A stretch of DNA of 64,000 nt from the NCBI GenBank assembly GCA_023134135.1, contig JAGLVB010000004.1:24233-88232 (forward strand). The letters run 5' to 3'. Origin of the DNA: Candidatus Aenigmatarchaeota archaeon (GTDB taxonomy: Archaea > Aenigmatarchaeota > Aenigmatarchaeia > QMZS01). This document shows positions 1-8,665 of the stretch, piece by piece; position 1 is the stretch's first letter; each line of letters starts with the position of its first letter. Both the position numbers and the translations under genes were made by a program. The notes below the pieces were generated by a model. The model was not told the DNA's origin, ran no database searches, and worked only from the letters and a program-made list of their open reading frames with translations.

Positions 1-1
1 G

Positions 2-394
2 AATGAACTCAGGGAAAAATATGGTCCAGGAATTCTTGCAAAACTCGCGCTTGATAAAATAAAAGGGAAAAATAAAATTGCAATCGATAGTATAAGAAAT
101 CCTTATGAAATTGAAGAATTAAGAAAAAACAAGGATTTTATTTTGATTGGTATTGATGCTCCTGTCGAGTTAAGATATAAAAGAATTGTGGAAAGGAAAA
201 GGGTTGGAGAAAATATCAGTCTTGAACAATTTATTGAAATTGAAGAAAAAGAAAATTCAGATGATGAGAAAAAACAGCAATTGAATAAATGTCTTGAACT
301 GGCGGATAAGATAATTGAAAATGTTGGAGGGATTGGAGAATTGCATCAAAAGATTGATATTATTTTATTGATATACCCCGGGGCTCTGCCCTGA
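2..394 (+). CDS. C-terminal part of a P-loop nucleotide-kinase-like protein (UPF0200 / dephospho-CoA-kinase-like); the 5' end lies outside the window
   Basis: Frame 2 is open from base 2 and reads NELREKYGPGILAKLALDKIKGKNKIAIDSIRNPYEIEELRK..IGIDAPVELRYKRIVERKR. This resembles archaeal UPF0200 kinase-like proteins from memory. The last codons and the stop lie inside an IS200-type hairpin repeat. Confidence 0.5.
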   Translation, partial: NELREKYGPGILAKLALDKIKGKNKIAIDSIRNPYEIEELRKNKDFILIGIDAPVELRYKRIVERKRVGENISLEQFIEIEEKENSDDEKKQQLNKCLELADKIIENVGGIGELHQKIDIILLIYPGALP

Positions 395-397
395 TTG
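373..397 (-). repeat. Solo copy of the IS200/IS605-type subterminal hairpin repeat (GGGGC-AGA-GCCCC core)
   Basis: ataccccggggctctgccctgattg is the reverse complement, with one mismatch, of the 27-nt repeat flanking tnpA at 41376-41402 and 41869-41895. Confidence 0.65.
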
Positions 398-548
398 AAT
401 ATTTCATTAGATAAATTATATTTGTTTAGCAAAAACAAAGATTCTTTACCAGCATATTCCTGAGTTCTATTTTTAAGAAAATCCAGAATAATCATCTGCA
501 TTTCCATTAACTCCGAAATAATAAAATTCTAAATGAAAATAAACCTAA

Positions 549-707
549 TTACTGCTCTTTAATCGCCCATTTACCTTTCTTCCTTTTCATTGCAGAGTAC
601 TTTCTGCATTTTGATGAGCAAAAATGGAATATCTGCCCTTTATTGTTAATGAACATTATCCCTAAGCCTTTTTTTATGTTTTCCCCGCAATATGAACATT
701 TACTCAT
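549..707 (-). CDS. rpl24e: Ribosomal protein L24e
   Basis: 52-codon ORF below the ORF-track cutoff: MSKCSYCGENIKKGLGIMFINNKGQIFHFCSSKCRKYSAMKRKKGKWAIKEQ. It carries the CxxC...FCSSKC signature of L24e. Its ATG overlaps the rps28e stop (ATGA). Confidence 0.8.
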   Translation of the reverse strand: MSKCSYCGENIKKGLGIMFINNKGQIFHFCSSKCRKYSAMKRKKGKWAIKEQ

Positions 708-883
708 TGTACACCTTCCATTTCGGTTTCTTTCAAATACACAAAATCTCCAATTTTAATCTTTCCAATTACGGCTCTTTCCAGTATTTTGTGATTTCCG
801 TCCACTAGCTTGCATTTTATGAGACTTATCCCTTTTGGACCATCTCTTTTTACTATCTTGATGACTTCTGCTGCTTCTACCAT
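704..883 (-). CDS. rps28e: Ribosomal protein S28e
   Basis: 59-codon ORF below the track cutoff: MVEAAEVIKIVKRDGPKGISLIKCKLVDGNHKILERAVIGKIKIGDFVYLKETEMEGVQ. It fits the S28e pattern (..V.GP.K.GD...L.E.E). The rps28e-rpl24e pairing is conserved in archaea. Confidence 0.8.
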   Translation of the reverse strand: MVEAAEVIKIVKRDGPKGISLIKCKLVDGNHKILERAVIGKIKIGDFVYLKETEMEGVQ

Positions 884-908
884 TATAGAACTTTAAAAAA
901 AATTAATT

Positions 909-1607
909 ATGGCTAATGTAGATGAGTTGAGGAAGAAAATCGCCGGAGAAATAGTGCTTTCAGAAAATCCCGGGGAAACTATCAAGAAATGGAGGCAATT
1001 GTTCCAGATTTACCAGACAGACCTCTCAAAGGAACTTGGCATGAATACCTCAGTTATTTCGGATTACGAGTCAGGAAGGCGTAAATCCCCGGGCACAAAG
1101 ATGATAGAAAAGGTTGTAAATGCTCTGGTGGAAATAGATCTGGCAAAGGGCGGAAAGATTATCAAGGAATTTGTGGCTCTGTACAATATCCCGGATTTTG
1201 ATTCATTTATCCTTTTAAGAAAAGAATTTGAAAAACCAATAAAAATCAGCACTTTTTTAAAGAGAATTAATGGGAAACCCAGCTATGAATTCAAAAACAG
1301 ATTGATTTACGGTTTTTCTGTGATGGACAGCAAGAAAGCAATAATGAATTTCTCTCCTTTGGAATTGTCAAGATTATCTTCCATGATAAACCGCCATTGC
1401 ATTGTATTTACAAATCTCCAGAGAGGAAGATCTCCTCTTGTTGCGGTGAGACTTACAAACCTTGAACCTGGTTTGATTGTGTTGCATGGAATATTAAGGG
1501 TTGATGAGATTGCTTTGAGGATTGCAAAACTTGAGAATATTCCTCTTGCATTATCCTATGTTTCCACAACAGAAAATTTACTTATGAAACTGGGAAAATC
1601 AAGATAG
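909..1607 (+). CDS. XRE-type HTH transcriptional regulator with a C-terminal domain of unknown function
   Basis: The N-terminal helix-turn-helix segment IKKWRQLFQIYQTDLSKELGMNTSVISDYESGRR matches the HTH_3/XRE pattern. Divergent from the rps28e operon. Confidence 0.6.
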   Translation: MANVDELRKKIAGEIVLSENPGETIKKWRQLFQIYQTDLSKELGMNTSVISDYESGRRKSPGTKMIEKVVNALVEIDLAKGGKIIKEFVALYNIPDFDSFILLRKEFEKPIKISTFLKRINGKPSYEFKNRLIYGFSVMDSKKAIMNFSPLELSRLSSMINRHCIVFTNLQRGRSPLVAVRLTNLEPGLIVLHGILRVDEIALRIAKLENIPLALSYVSTTENLLMKLGKSR

Positions 1608-1922
1608 TTGTATTAAGAATTTATAAATTTATTATTAAATTATGAGAGGATATTCAAATAAGTATCAAATTATAGGCGGATTATCGAATAATGAAGAATT
1701 ACTAGAAGAAGGGTATAGAGAATAAGGATAATATTCATGCGGAAATACCCTACAAGGCTTTTGAGAATGGACCTTTAAAAATTACCTGTGATGAGTGCCA
1801 TCAAGGTTATAAAGTTACTGAGACTGGAGGTCATGCGCCAGTAAAATCACATACTAAACATGTTAGTTATCCTTGGTAAAGAATCTTCAAAGAACTTTAG
1901 TGAATTTTTATATTTAAAAATA

Positions 1923-2225
1923 TCAATAACAAACCTCAATTATCCTGAACTCGTCAACCCCGGAAACAACAAGATAATTAACAATTCTTTGGTCTTTGCA
2001 ATCAGAAGAAACTGAAACATCAAAACCAATAATTTTCTCAAGTTTGTTTTCCAAATTAGTATTGCTTACATCTAATCCATTATTAGATTCAATCAGTTCC
2101 AAACCTTTATATACTTTTTCGTTTCTGTTATCAATTTCCATTGGCTGACCGGTGATTGTGAGCAAGGGAAATAAAATCATCACCACAGCAATCAAAACTT
2201 CAAGAGAGAAAAAGTATCCTCGCAT
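1923..2225 (-). CDS. Small class III signal (type IV pilin-like) protein
   Basis: N-terminus MRGYFFSLEVLIAVVMILFPLLTI: a short basic leader ending in G followed by a hydrophobic helix. Confidence 0.4.
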   Translation of the reverse strand: MRGYFFSLEVLIAVVMILFPLLTITGQPMEIDNRNEKVYKGLELIESNNGLDVSNTNLENKLEKIIGFDVSVSSDCKDQRIVNYLVVSGVDEFRIIEVCY

Positions 2226-2280
2226 AATATAGTTACTTCAGTGTAATATAGATATTTCAGGAAATTTGCGTTAATTATCC

Positions 2281-2324
2281 AAAGATAATAACCTATTTAA
2301 AATTTAATTGAATTTTGTTTATGG
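2281..2324 (+). promoter_or_regulatory. 44-bp perfectly repeated upstream/5' region (copy 1), containing an A/T-rich TATA-like box and the start codon
   Basis: aaagataataacctatttaaaatttaattgaattttgtttatgg is identical at 2281-2324 and 4137-4180, although the downstream coding regions have diverged strongly. Confidence 0.5.
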
Positions 2325-3160
2325 GAGACGCAGAGGTAGGAAAATATTTTGCAGCCATTCACAGATTAGAAGAGAAATATGGTTTTAATAACTTAAATGT
2401 AGAAAATACTGGGTTAGATATAAGAAATACTGCTGGAGAAGAACCCCCAATTTCAGGTGAACAACTTGAAGCACTTTTTGAGAAGATGCCTAAACTTGTA
2501 ACAAATGCTTATCCTTCAAATTTTCAACCTGAATTAGAAGAAATGGTGGATAATATAGAAAATTATAATATCTCATCAAAGGTAAGAATAAGCGTTTATC
2601 CCCAGAAGATTGTCCCGGAAGGTCATCTAAAAACCGCAGAGATTGTTTTAGGTAAAGTTGCAAATCCTGTATCTGAATTGCATTTACCGGGTTACACAGA
2701 AGGTTCACTTAATGTAATAACCTTTCCTGAAAGGAAATTTAATCTTGTGGAATTAACTGAATATGGAAAAGAGAAGGTGGAAGACTTTCTTAAAAATATA
2801 TCTGATTTGGATAGTTTATTAGGAATAAATATGGAAGTAGATACGCGAATATATGGAGAAAGTGATAAAGGAAGCGGGAGTATAATTTATAATATAGAAG
2901 GTTATGGGAATCTTGATGGAACTAATTTTAGTCCAAAGGAAATAACAGGACATTCTCACGGCGCTGATGAAGGATTATGGGAAACACTTTATTATTTAGG
3001 AGATATGAAAGAAATAAAAAAACGCCCTCTTAGGAGAAATTCAGAGGATTCTTATCAGTCAGGTCGTATTTCATTTAAAGATGCGGTTAATCTTTGTGAA
3101 CTTGCAATGAAAGGGGATAAAGTAAAATTTGATAAATATTATACTGGTATAATACTTTAA
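2321..3160 (+). CDS. Hypothetical cytoplasmic protein, paralog X1 of 4177-4938
   Basis: ORF with an ATG at 2321 (the track starts at TTG 2315). Shares RLE.KYGFN.L, DKGS..I.YNI and GAD.GL blocks with the 4177-4938 product. No recognisable family. Confidence 0.5.
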   Translation: MGDAEVGKYFAAIHRLEEKYGFNNLNVENTGLDIRNTAGEEPPISGEQLEALFEKMPKLVTNAYPSNFQPELEEMVDNIENYNISSKVRISVYPQKIVPEGHLKTAEIVLGKVANPVSELHLPGYTEGSLNVITFPERKFNLVELTEYGKEKVEDFLKNISDLDSLLGINMEVDTRIYGESDKGSGSIIYNIEGYGNLDGTNFSPKEITGHSHGADEGLWETLYYLGDMKEIKKRPLRRNSEDSYQSGRISFKDAVNLCELAMKGDKVKFDKYYTGIIL

Positions 3161-3201
3161 ATTTATCACCAAATTTTATAATTCAAGTCCACAGTTTATC
3201 A

Positions 3202-3254
3202 GTAAATTAATAATGAAAATAGGTCTTGCGGGAAAAGCAAATTCTATAAATTAA
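3202..3254 (+). pseudogene. Duplicated 5' fragment of the GTPase gene (ghost start, MKIGLAGKANSIN*)
   Basis: gtaaattaataatgaaaataggtcttg at 3202-3228 is identical to 4985-5011, which holds the upstream region, start and first codons of the GTPase gene at 4996. Confidence 0.55.
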
Positions 3255-3275
3255 ATGAAAATAATGTGTTTAAAT

Positions 3276-4118
3276 ATGGATAACGAAGATAAGATAATTG
3301 TATTTGAAAATAAAAAAATCAGGAGACTTTGGCATAATGATGAATGGTGGTTTTCTGTTGTTGATGTTGTTGGGGCTTTAACAGACAGTTCAATTCCAAG
3401 GAGATATTGGTCTGATTTAAAACCCAAACTTAAAGAAGAAGGTTTTGAGTTGTACGAAAAAATCGTACAACTGAAATTGATATCTATAGACGGCAAAAAA
3501 TATGATACTGATTGTGCAAATACCAAATCGCTATTTAGGATAATACAATCAATTCCTTCTAAAAGAGCGGAGCCATTTAAACGATGGCTCGCAAAAGTCG
3601 GTTATGAAAGAATCCAGGAAATTGAAAATCCCGAACTTGCGCAGGATAGAGCAAAAGAATATTATGAACTTAAAGGATATCCCAAATCATGGATTGACAA
3701 AAGGCTCAGAGGAATTGCTGTAAGGCAGGAATTAACCGGGGAATGGAAAAACCGGGGAATTAAAAGAAAAAAAGATTTTGCAATTCTTACAAATGAGATT
3801 AGTAAAGCAACGTTTGATATCACGATTAACCAGCACAAGAAGTTCAAAGGATTAAATTCTAAATTCAAGAATCAGAATCTAAGAGATCATATGACCGACT
3901 TGGAATTGATATTTAATATGCTTGGAGAAAAAGTAACCACAGAAATTACAAAAAAAGAAGACTCGAAAGGATTTGTAAAATGCAAAGATTCAGCTAAAAG
4001 AGGAGGAAATGTTGCTAAAAAAGCCAGAGTTGAAGCAGAAAAAGAAATAGATAGAAAAGTTGTTAGTAAAGAGAATTATTTAGATTTGAAAGAGAAGAAG
4101 AAAAAGGAATTAAAGTGA
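3276..4118 (+). CDS. Bro-N domain protein (BRO/DinD-like), copy 1
   Basis: MDNEDKIIVFENKKIRRLWHNDEWWFSVVDVVGALT carries the Bro-N signature. The central block FRIIQSIPSKRAEPFKRWLAKVGYERIQEIENPELA is shared with copies at 12539 and 54098. Start chosen by alignment to the paralogs (the track starts at 3255). Confidence 0.7.
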   Translation: MDNEDKIIVFENKKIRRLWHNDEWWFSVVDVVGALTDSSIPRRYWSDLKPKLKEEGFELYEKIVQLKLISIDGKKYDTDCANTKSLFRIIQSIPSKRAEPFKRWLAKVGYERIQEIENPELAQDRAKEYYELKGYPKSWIDKRLRGIAVRQELTGEWKNRGIKRKKDFAILTNEISKATFDITINQHKKFKGLNSKFKNQNLRDHMTDLELIFNMLGEKVTTEITKKEDSKGFVKCKDSAKRGGNVAKKARVEAEKEIDRKVVSKENYLDLKEKKKKELK

Positions 4119-4136
4119 TTTTTGGTTTGACCATTA

Positions 4137-4180
4137 AAAGATAATAACCTATTTAAAATTTAATTGAATTTTGTTTATGG
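4137..4180 (+). promoter_or_regulatory. 44-bp perfectly repeated upstream/5' region (copy 2)
   Basis: Identical to 2281-2324. Confidence 0.5.
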
Positions 4181-4938
4181 CAAAACCTGAATTATATGGT
4201 TCCCCAGAATATAGAGATGCAATTGAAAGATTAGAGAAAAAATATGGTTTTAATGATTTATTTACGAATATGTTTCCAATTGAACTGCCTGATTATTATG
4301 AACGAATTGAAGCAGTTTTTGAGCAAGCGCCTGATGTTGTGAAAAAAGCTTATCTTGTAAATGTTAAATCTGAATTAGAAAAAATAGTGGATGATATCAG
4401 AAAATATAATATAAAATCAAATGCGCTGCTCGATGTTAGTACCCATATAGTTTTTCCATCATATCAAGGAAATGATTTTAAAGAGAGTTTAGGTAAAATT
4501 GTAAACCCTAAATCCCGTTTTGTTTTAAATGACAACTCAGCAGATTCGCTTAAAGAGAGGGAGTTTAGAGAAGTGGACGAACAAATGATGGATGAATTGG
4601 GAAGATTACATAAACTAATGTCTTATAAACCTAATTTATTGACTATTCAAGCAAAAATTGATACAAAAATAGAGGGAAGAACTGATAAGGGTAGCGCATT
4701 TATAAAATATAACATAACCTGTAGAGGGTTTCTTGATGATTGTAAATTTACTGTAAATAAGATAGGATCCTCATCATCTTACGGTGCGGATAGAGGATTA
4801 TATGAAATTGTTCCGGAGATAAATGGTGTTTTATATTATGGTCAAGGTGAGCTGGAATTTGGAGATGCTGTTAAAATTTTTGATGATGCTCTTAAAGGAG
4901 ATATTAAAGAAGTTGAAAAAGTCTGCACACGAATATAG
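4177..4938 (+). CDS. Hypothetical cytoplasmic protein, paralog X2 of 2321-3160
   Basis: Collinear with X1 at an estimated one third identity by eye. ATG at 4177. Confidence 0.5.
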   Translation: MAKPELYGSPEYRDAIERLEKKYGFNDLFTNMFPIELPDYYERIEAVFEQAPDVVKKAYLVNVKSELEKIVDDIRKYNIKSNALLDVSTHIVFPSYQGNDFKESLGKIVNPKSRFVLNDNSADSLKEREFREVDEQMMDELGRLHKLMSYKPNLLTIQAKIDTKIEGRTDKGSAFIKYNITCRGFLDDCKFTVNKIGSSSSYGADRGLYEIVPEINGVLYYGQGELEFGDAVKIFDDALKGDIKEVEKVCTRI

Positions 4939-4995
4939 CCTAAATTAATTCATTTTTTATAATTTAAGGTTTATCAATTTATCCGTAAATTAATA

Positions 4996-6138
4996 ATGAA
5001 AATAGGTCTTGTGGGGAAACCCAGTTCAGGAAAATCCACTTTCTTCAGGGCGGCAACGCTCCTTGACGCTAAAATAGGAAATTTCCCTTTTACAACAATC
5101 CAGCCAAATATAGGGTTTGGTTATGCCCGAGTGGATTGTGTTGAGAAATTCTTTAATGTAAAATGCAACCCCAGACAGGGATATTGCATTGATGGGAACA
5201 GGTTTGTTCCTGTTGAATTAATTGATGTTGCAGGCATTGTTCCCGGGGCTCATGAAGGGAGAGGAATGGGCAATAAATTCCTTGATGATTTAAGGCAGGC
5301 GGATTGTTTAATCCATGTTGTTGATGCAAGCGGCACAACCGACAGCGAGGGAAGAGAATGCATGGAACATAATCCAATGGAGGATATAGAGTTTCTTGAA
5401 TATGAAATAAATCACTGGTTTCTATCAATTCTTAACCGGAACTGGAAAAAGGTTACTGGGGTAAAAGAACTTGCAAAACAGTTTTCAGGATTAAGGGTGT
5501 CTGTTTCTGATATCCAGAACATATTAAAAACCCTTGAGCTCACGGAAAAAGTAACTAATTGGAATGATGAAGACAAAGAGAAGTTTATAAAAACTTTAAG
5601 GGAAAAAGGATTGCCAATAATAGTTGCGGCAAATAAAATTGATAAAGAAGAAGCAAAAAAATACATTCCTGATTTGATAAAACACGGCGCAATATTATGT
5701 TCTGCGGAAGCGGAACTTGCATTGAAGGAGGCAGCAAAACACAATTTGATAAAGTACATTCCCGGCGACAAAGGTTTTGAAATAATCGGTGAAGTAACTG
5801 ATAATCAACGAGAAGGTCTTGAAAAGATAAGAACTCTCCTGAAAAAATTCGAGGTTACCGGAGTTCAAAAAGTTATCAATGGCGCGGTTTTTGATATTCT
5901 AAAATATATTGCGGTTTTCCCCGGAGGCGTAAAAAAACTGGGGGATAAAGACGGGAATATTCTGCCTGATGTTTTTCTGATGCCCGAAGATTCCACTGCC
6001 CTGGATTTTGCTTATAAAATTCACGAAGACTTTGGAAAAAAATTCATCACAGCAATAGAGGTAAAAACAAAACAGAGGGTGGGGAAAGAGCATAAACTTA
6101 AGAACGGGGATGTGATTGAACTTGTTGCCGGGAGATAA
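4996..6138 (+). CDS. Obg/YchF-family GTPase with a C-terminal TGS domain
   Basis: G1 GKPSSGKST, G3 DVAGIV, G4 ANKID. The C-terminus KEHKLKNGDVIELVAGR is typical of a TGS domain. Confidence 0.8.
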   Translation: MKIGLVGKPSSGKSTFFRAATLLDAKIGNFPFTTIQPNIGFGYARVDCVEKFFNVKCNPRQGYCIDGNRFVPVELIDVAGIVPGAHEGRGMGNKFLDDLRQADCLIHVVDASGTTDSEGRECMEHNPMEDIEFLEYEINHWFLSILNRNWKKVTGVKELAKQFSGLRVSVSDIQNILKTLELTEKVTNWNDEDKEKFIKTLREKGLPIIVAANKIDKEEAKKYIPDLIKHGAILCSAEAELALKEAAKHNLIKYIPGDKGFEIIGEVTDNQREGLEKIRTLLKKFEVTGVQKVINGAVFDILKYIAVFPGGVKKLGDKDGNILPDVFLMPEDSTALDFAYKIHEDFGKKFITAIEVKTKQRVGKEHKLKNGDVIELVAGR

Positions 6139-6182
6139 ACCCATAATATTGGAGAAATAGTTAAATTTAAATTAAGTAATTT

Positions 6183-7574
6183 ATGACAAAGGGAGAAGAT
6201 GTGGAGATTTCATTTGATTTTTCAAAAGCAATTAAAACCCTAGTTAAACACAAAACAGCAATTTCTCTATTAATATTAATTGGAATTTTCTATTTAAGTC
6301 TTTCTGTTAGATTAGCGACTGTGGATGAGCCTTATTTGCTCGCTGCGGACCCTCATTACTGGTATAGAATGACTCTAAATCTGGTCGAAGGGGATGCGGG
6401 AATAGATTATTTAAGGCATTATCCGGAACCTCATAGTTTTGTTCATTCTTTCTTACCTTATTCCGCCGCCTATTCTTTTAAACTGGCAAATGCTTTGACA
6501 GGAATTGAATTTTATAGGTTTTTATTCTGGTTTCCCGCAATTATTGCGGCTCTTTCAGTTTTCCCCGCTTTCCTGATAGGAAGGGAATTATATTCAAATA
6601 AAGCAGGATTATTTACAGCATTTTTTATTGGTCTTACCCCTTCTTTTTTATCCCGTTCTCTTGCAGGATTTTTTGACACAGATTGCATGAATATTCTTTT
6701 ATCTTTAGTGGTTATTTCTTTATTCTTAGCAGCTTATAATAGGGTTGATGTTAATAATATCAGAAAGAAGAGTCCGGTTATATTGTCAATTCTCTCAGGA
6801 ATTTTCCTTGCAGCTTTTGCTTTGAATTGGGGCGGCGGTTTCGCTTATGTGCCTTGGGTTTTTATTGGATTATTTGGCAGTCATTGGTTTTACAGGATTT
6901 TAATTGCTAAAGGAAATAACCTCACAGAAAAATTAAAGCATAGTTGGTTTTTCTTTAGGGGACACTTATTGGTTTATGTAATTTTGTTTGCCACATTTTT
7001 CTGCTTCACATTTCCTTTTGTTGGAACTGCTCCGGCAAATAGTATTGTTGCGGTTACTTCTTTTTTCCAGACCGCAAAAGCCGAGGGGGGAATTTTTCCC
7101 AATGTGTGGATTTCAATTTCAGAAGAAATGAGCGCTTCTTTGGACAGTATAATTAGCAGGGTAACGCCCCCAATATTTTTCCTTAGTTTCTTTGGACTTT
7201 CCATGCTGTTAATGTTGTTTTTGAGAAACATAACTTCTTATGATAATTATGAAGGTTCTTATGGAATTGCATTTATTGGGTTTTTAATATTCTTTCTTTC
7301 ATTTTATTTAATATCTGCATCAACTATATATCCTCTGATTGCATTTTTGTTTTCAGTTTCAGGAATATTATTTGGTTTGGTCATAAAGAATAAAAAATTC
7401 TATGTGGAAACATTCTTATTTCTATTTGTGTGGATAGTTCCTACTTTTTATGGTAGTTTCTGGGCGGTAAGATTTACTTCAATGCTTGCGCTTCCAATGT
7501 CTATTTGCGCGGGAATTGCTTTAGGGATTTTATTTGATGTATGTATTAATGCGGTGAAAAAATATGGAAAATAA
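6183..7574 (+). CDS. aglB: Oligosaccharyltransferase AglB/STT3, N-terminal polytopic membrane part (split or frameshifted gene)
   Basis: Multi-TM protein with AADPHYWYR (DPYYH-like first-loop motif) and GFFDTDCMN (YYDTD-like motif). It ends 11 nt after the start of the next ORF, which carries the WWDYG-type motif. Confidence 0.65.
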   Translation: MTKGEDVEISFDFSKAIKTLVKHKTAISLLILIGIFYLSLSVRLATVDEPYLLAADPHYWYRMTLNLVEGDAGIDYLRHYPEPHSFVHSFLPYSAAYSFKLANALTGIEFYRFLFWFPAIIAALSVFPAFLIGRELYSNKAGLFTAFFIGLTPSFLSRSLAGFFDTDCMNILLSLVVISLFLAAYNRVDVNNIRKKSPVILSILSGIFLAAFALNWGGGFAYVPWVFIGLFGSHWFYRILIAKGNNLTEKLKHSWFFFRGHLLVYVILFATFFCFTFPFVGTAPANSIVAVTSFFQTAKAEGGIFPNVWISISEEMSASLDSIISRVTPPIFFLSFFGLSMLLMLFLRNITSYDNYEGSYGIAFIGFLIFFLSFYLISASTIYPLIAFLFSVSGILFGLVIKNKKFYVETFLFLFVWIVPTFYGSFWAVRFTSMLALPMSICAGIALGILFDVCINAVKKYGK

Positions 7575-8559
7575 AGAGAGCAACAGGGTTTATTTTTATA
7601 TTTCAATAATATTTTTAATCCTCTCAGTTGTTCTTGTTGCTAATTCATTATATTCCATTTATATGGCTTCTGACCAGATGTCAAAACAATATGGGACAGG
7701 GATTTCCGGCGGGTGGAGAGATTCAATGGCCTGGCTGAAAAACAACACTCCTGAATGCACGGTCATTGCGACTTACTGGGACCCGGGTTATTGGATTAAT
7801 GCGCTTTCAGAGAGGAGAACTATTTATGATGGTGGTTGCCAGCATGCAATTAGACACACCAAACTGGACGAATTAAATGGTCTTGATTGCATTGAAGACA
7901 GGGGTGGTTATCTGGAAGAAAAAGACGGAATTCAATATTGCGTAACTTCAAGGATGATGGATATGGCAGGTTGTTTATATACTTCAAATGAGACAAAAGC
8001 CGCAAAAATTCTTGAAAGTTATATAGGAAACTGTTCAGACCTTTATTTCCTTGCATCAAATGATTTAATTGGAAAATCCCAATGGTGGACTTATTTTTCA
8101 ACTTGGGACCCTGAACTTGGGAAAGGACAGGCTTATAATTATGCTATGGTGAGATTGGAAGACCAGAAACCTCTCAGGTACGAGAATGGCACAGCTTTTG
8201 TATACGGACCTTTTTATTTAAAAATTGTTTTTGAAAATGGCACCCAAAAGATAGAACCTTTGTTATATCAGCAGGGAAAATACCATAAGATTAAGACTTT
8301 AGTGTTAACGCAGAATAACACTCCTATGAAGATAACTTACGAGAATGCAACTGTTCCCGGAACTTTATGGGTTGATCCAAGTCTGCAACTCATAATTTAT
8401 ATGCCGCCGCAGACAGAAAATTCAATGTTTACCAGAATGTTTTTTTACGGTGGAGAGGGTTTGAATTATTTTGAATCCTCTTATGTAAATCAAGAAGTCA
8501 GGTTGTTCAAATTTAAGGTTGAGGAATTCAGAAAAGATTTGGAAGAGGGAATTATTTAA
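7564..8559 (+). CDS. aglB: Oligosaccharyltransferase AglB/STT3, C-terminal part (last TM helix plus the external catalytic/peptide-binding domain)
   Basis: One TM helix followed by WRDSMAWLKNNTPECTVIATYWDPGYWINALSERRTIYDGG, a WWDYG-motif variant in the expected context. Confidence 0.65.
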   Translation: MENKESNRVYFYISIIFLILSVVLVANSLYSIYMASDQMSKQYGTGISGGWRDSMAWLKNNTPECTVIATYWDPGYWINALSERRTIYDGGCQHAIRHTKLDELNGLDCIEDRGGYLEEKDGIQYCVTSRMMDMAGCLYTSNETKAAKILESYIGNCSDLYFLASNDLIGKSQWWTYFSTWDPELGKGQAYNYAMVRLEDQKPLRYENGTAFVYGPFYLKIVFENGTQKIEPLLYQQGKYHKIKTLVLTQNNTPMKITYENATVPGTLWVDPSLQLIIYMPPQTENSMFTRMFFYGGEGLNYFESSYVNQEVRLFKFKVEEFRKDLEEGII

Positions 8560-8665
8560 GGTTTAAGAATTTAGGAAATAGTTGGAAGGAGCAAATGTTT
8601 GTATTCAAATAATTCAGAAGAAGAATTATTTAGATTCTTTCATCATTTGTAAACTACAAATAATT

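Noticed and set aside
1690-1881. Open frame ending ...ITCDECHQGYKVTETGGHAPVKSHTKHVSYPW* in the gap between the HTH regulator and the pilin-like gene.
   Set aside because: There is no in-frame ATG/GTG/TTG with plausible context that I could identify, and no family recognised. It may be a gene remnant, so it is not reported as a feature.
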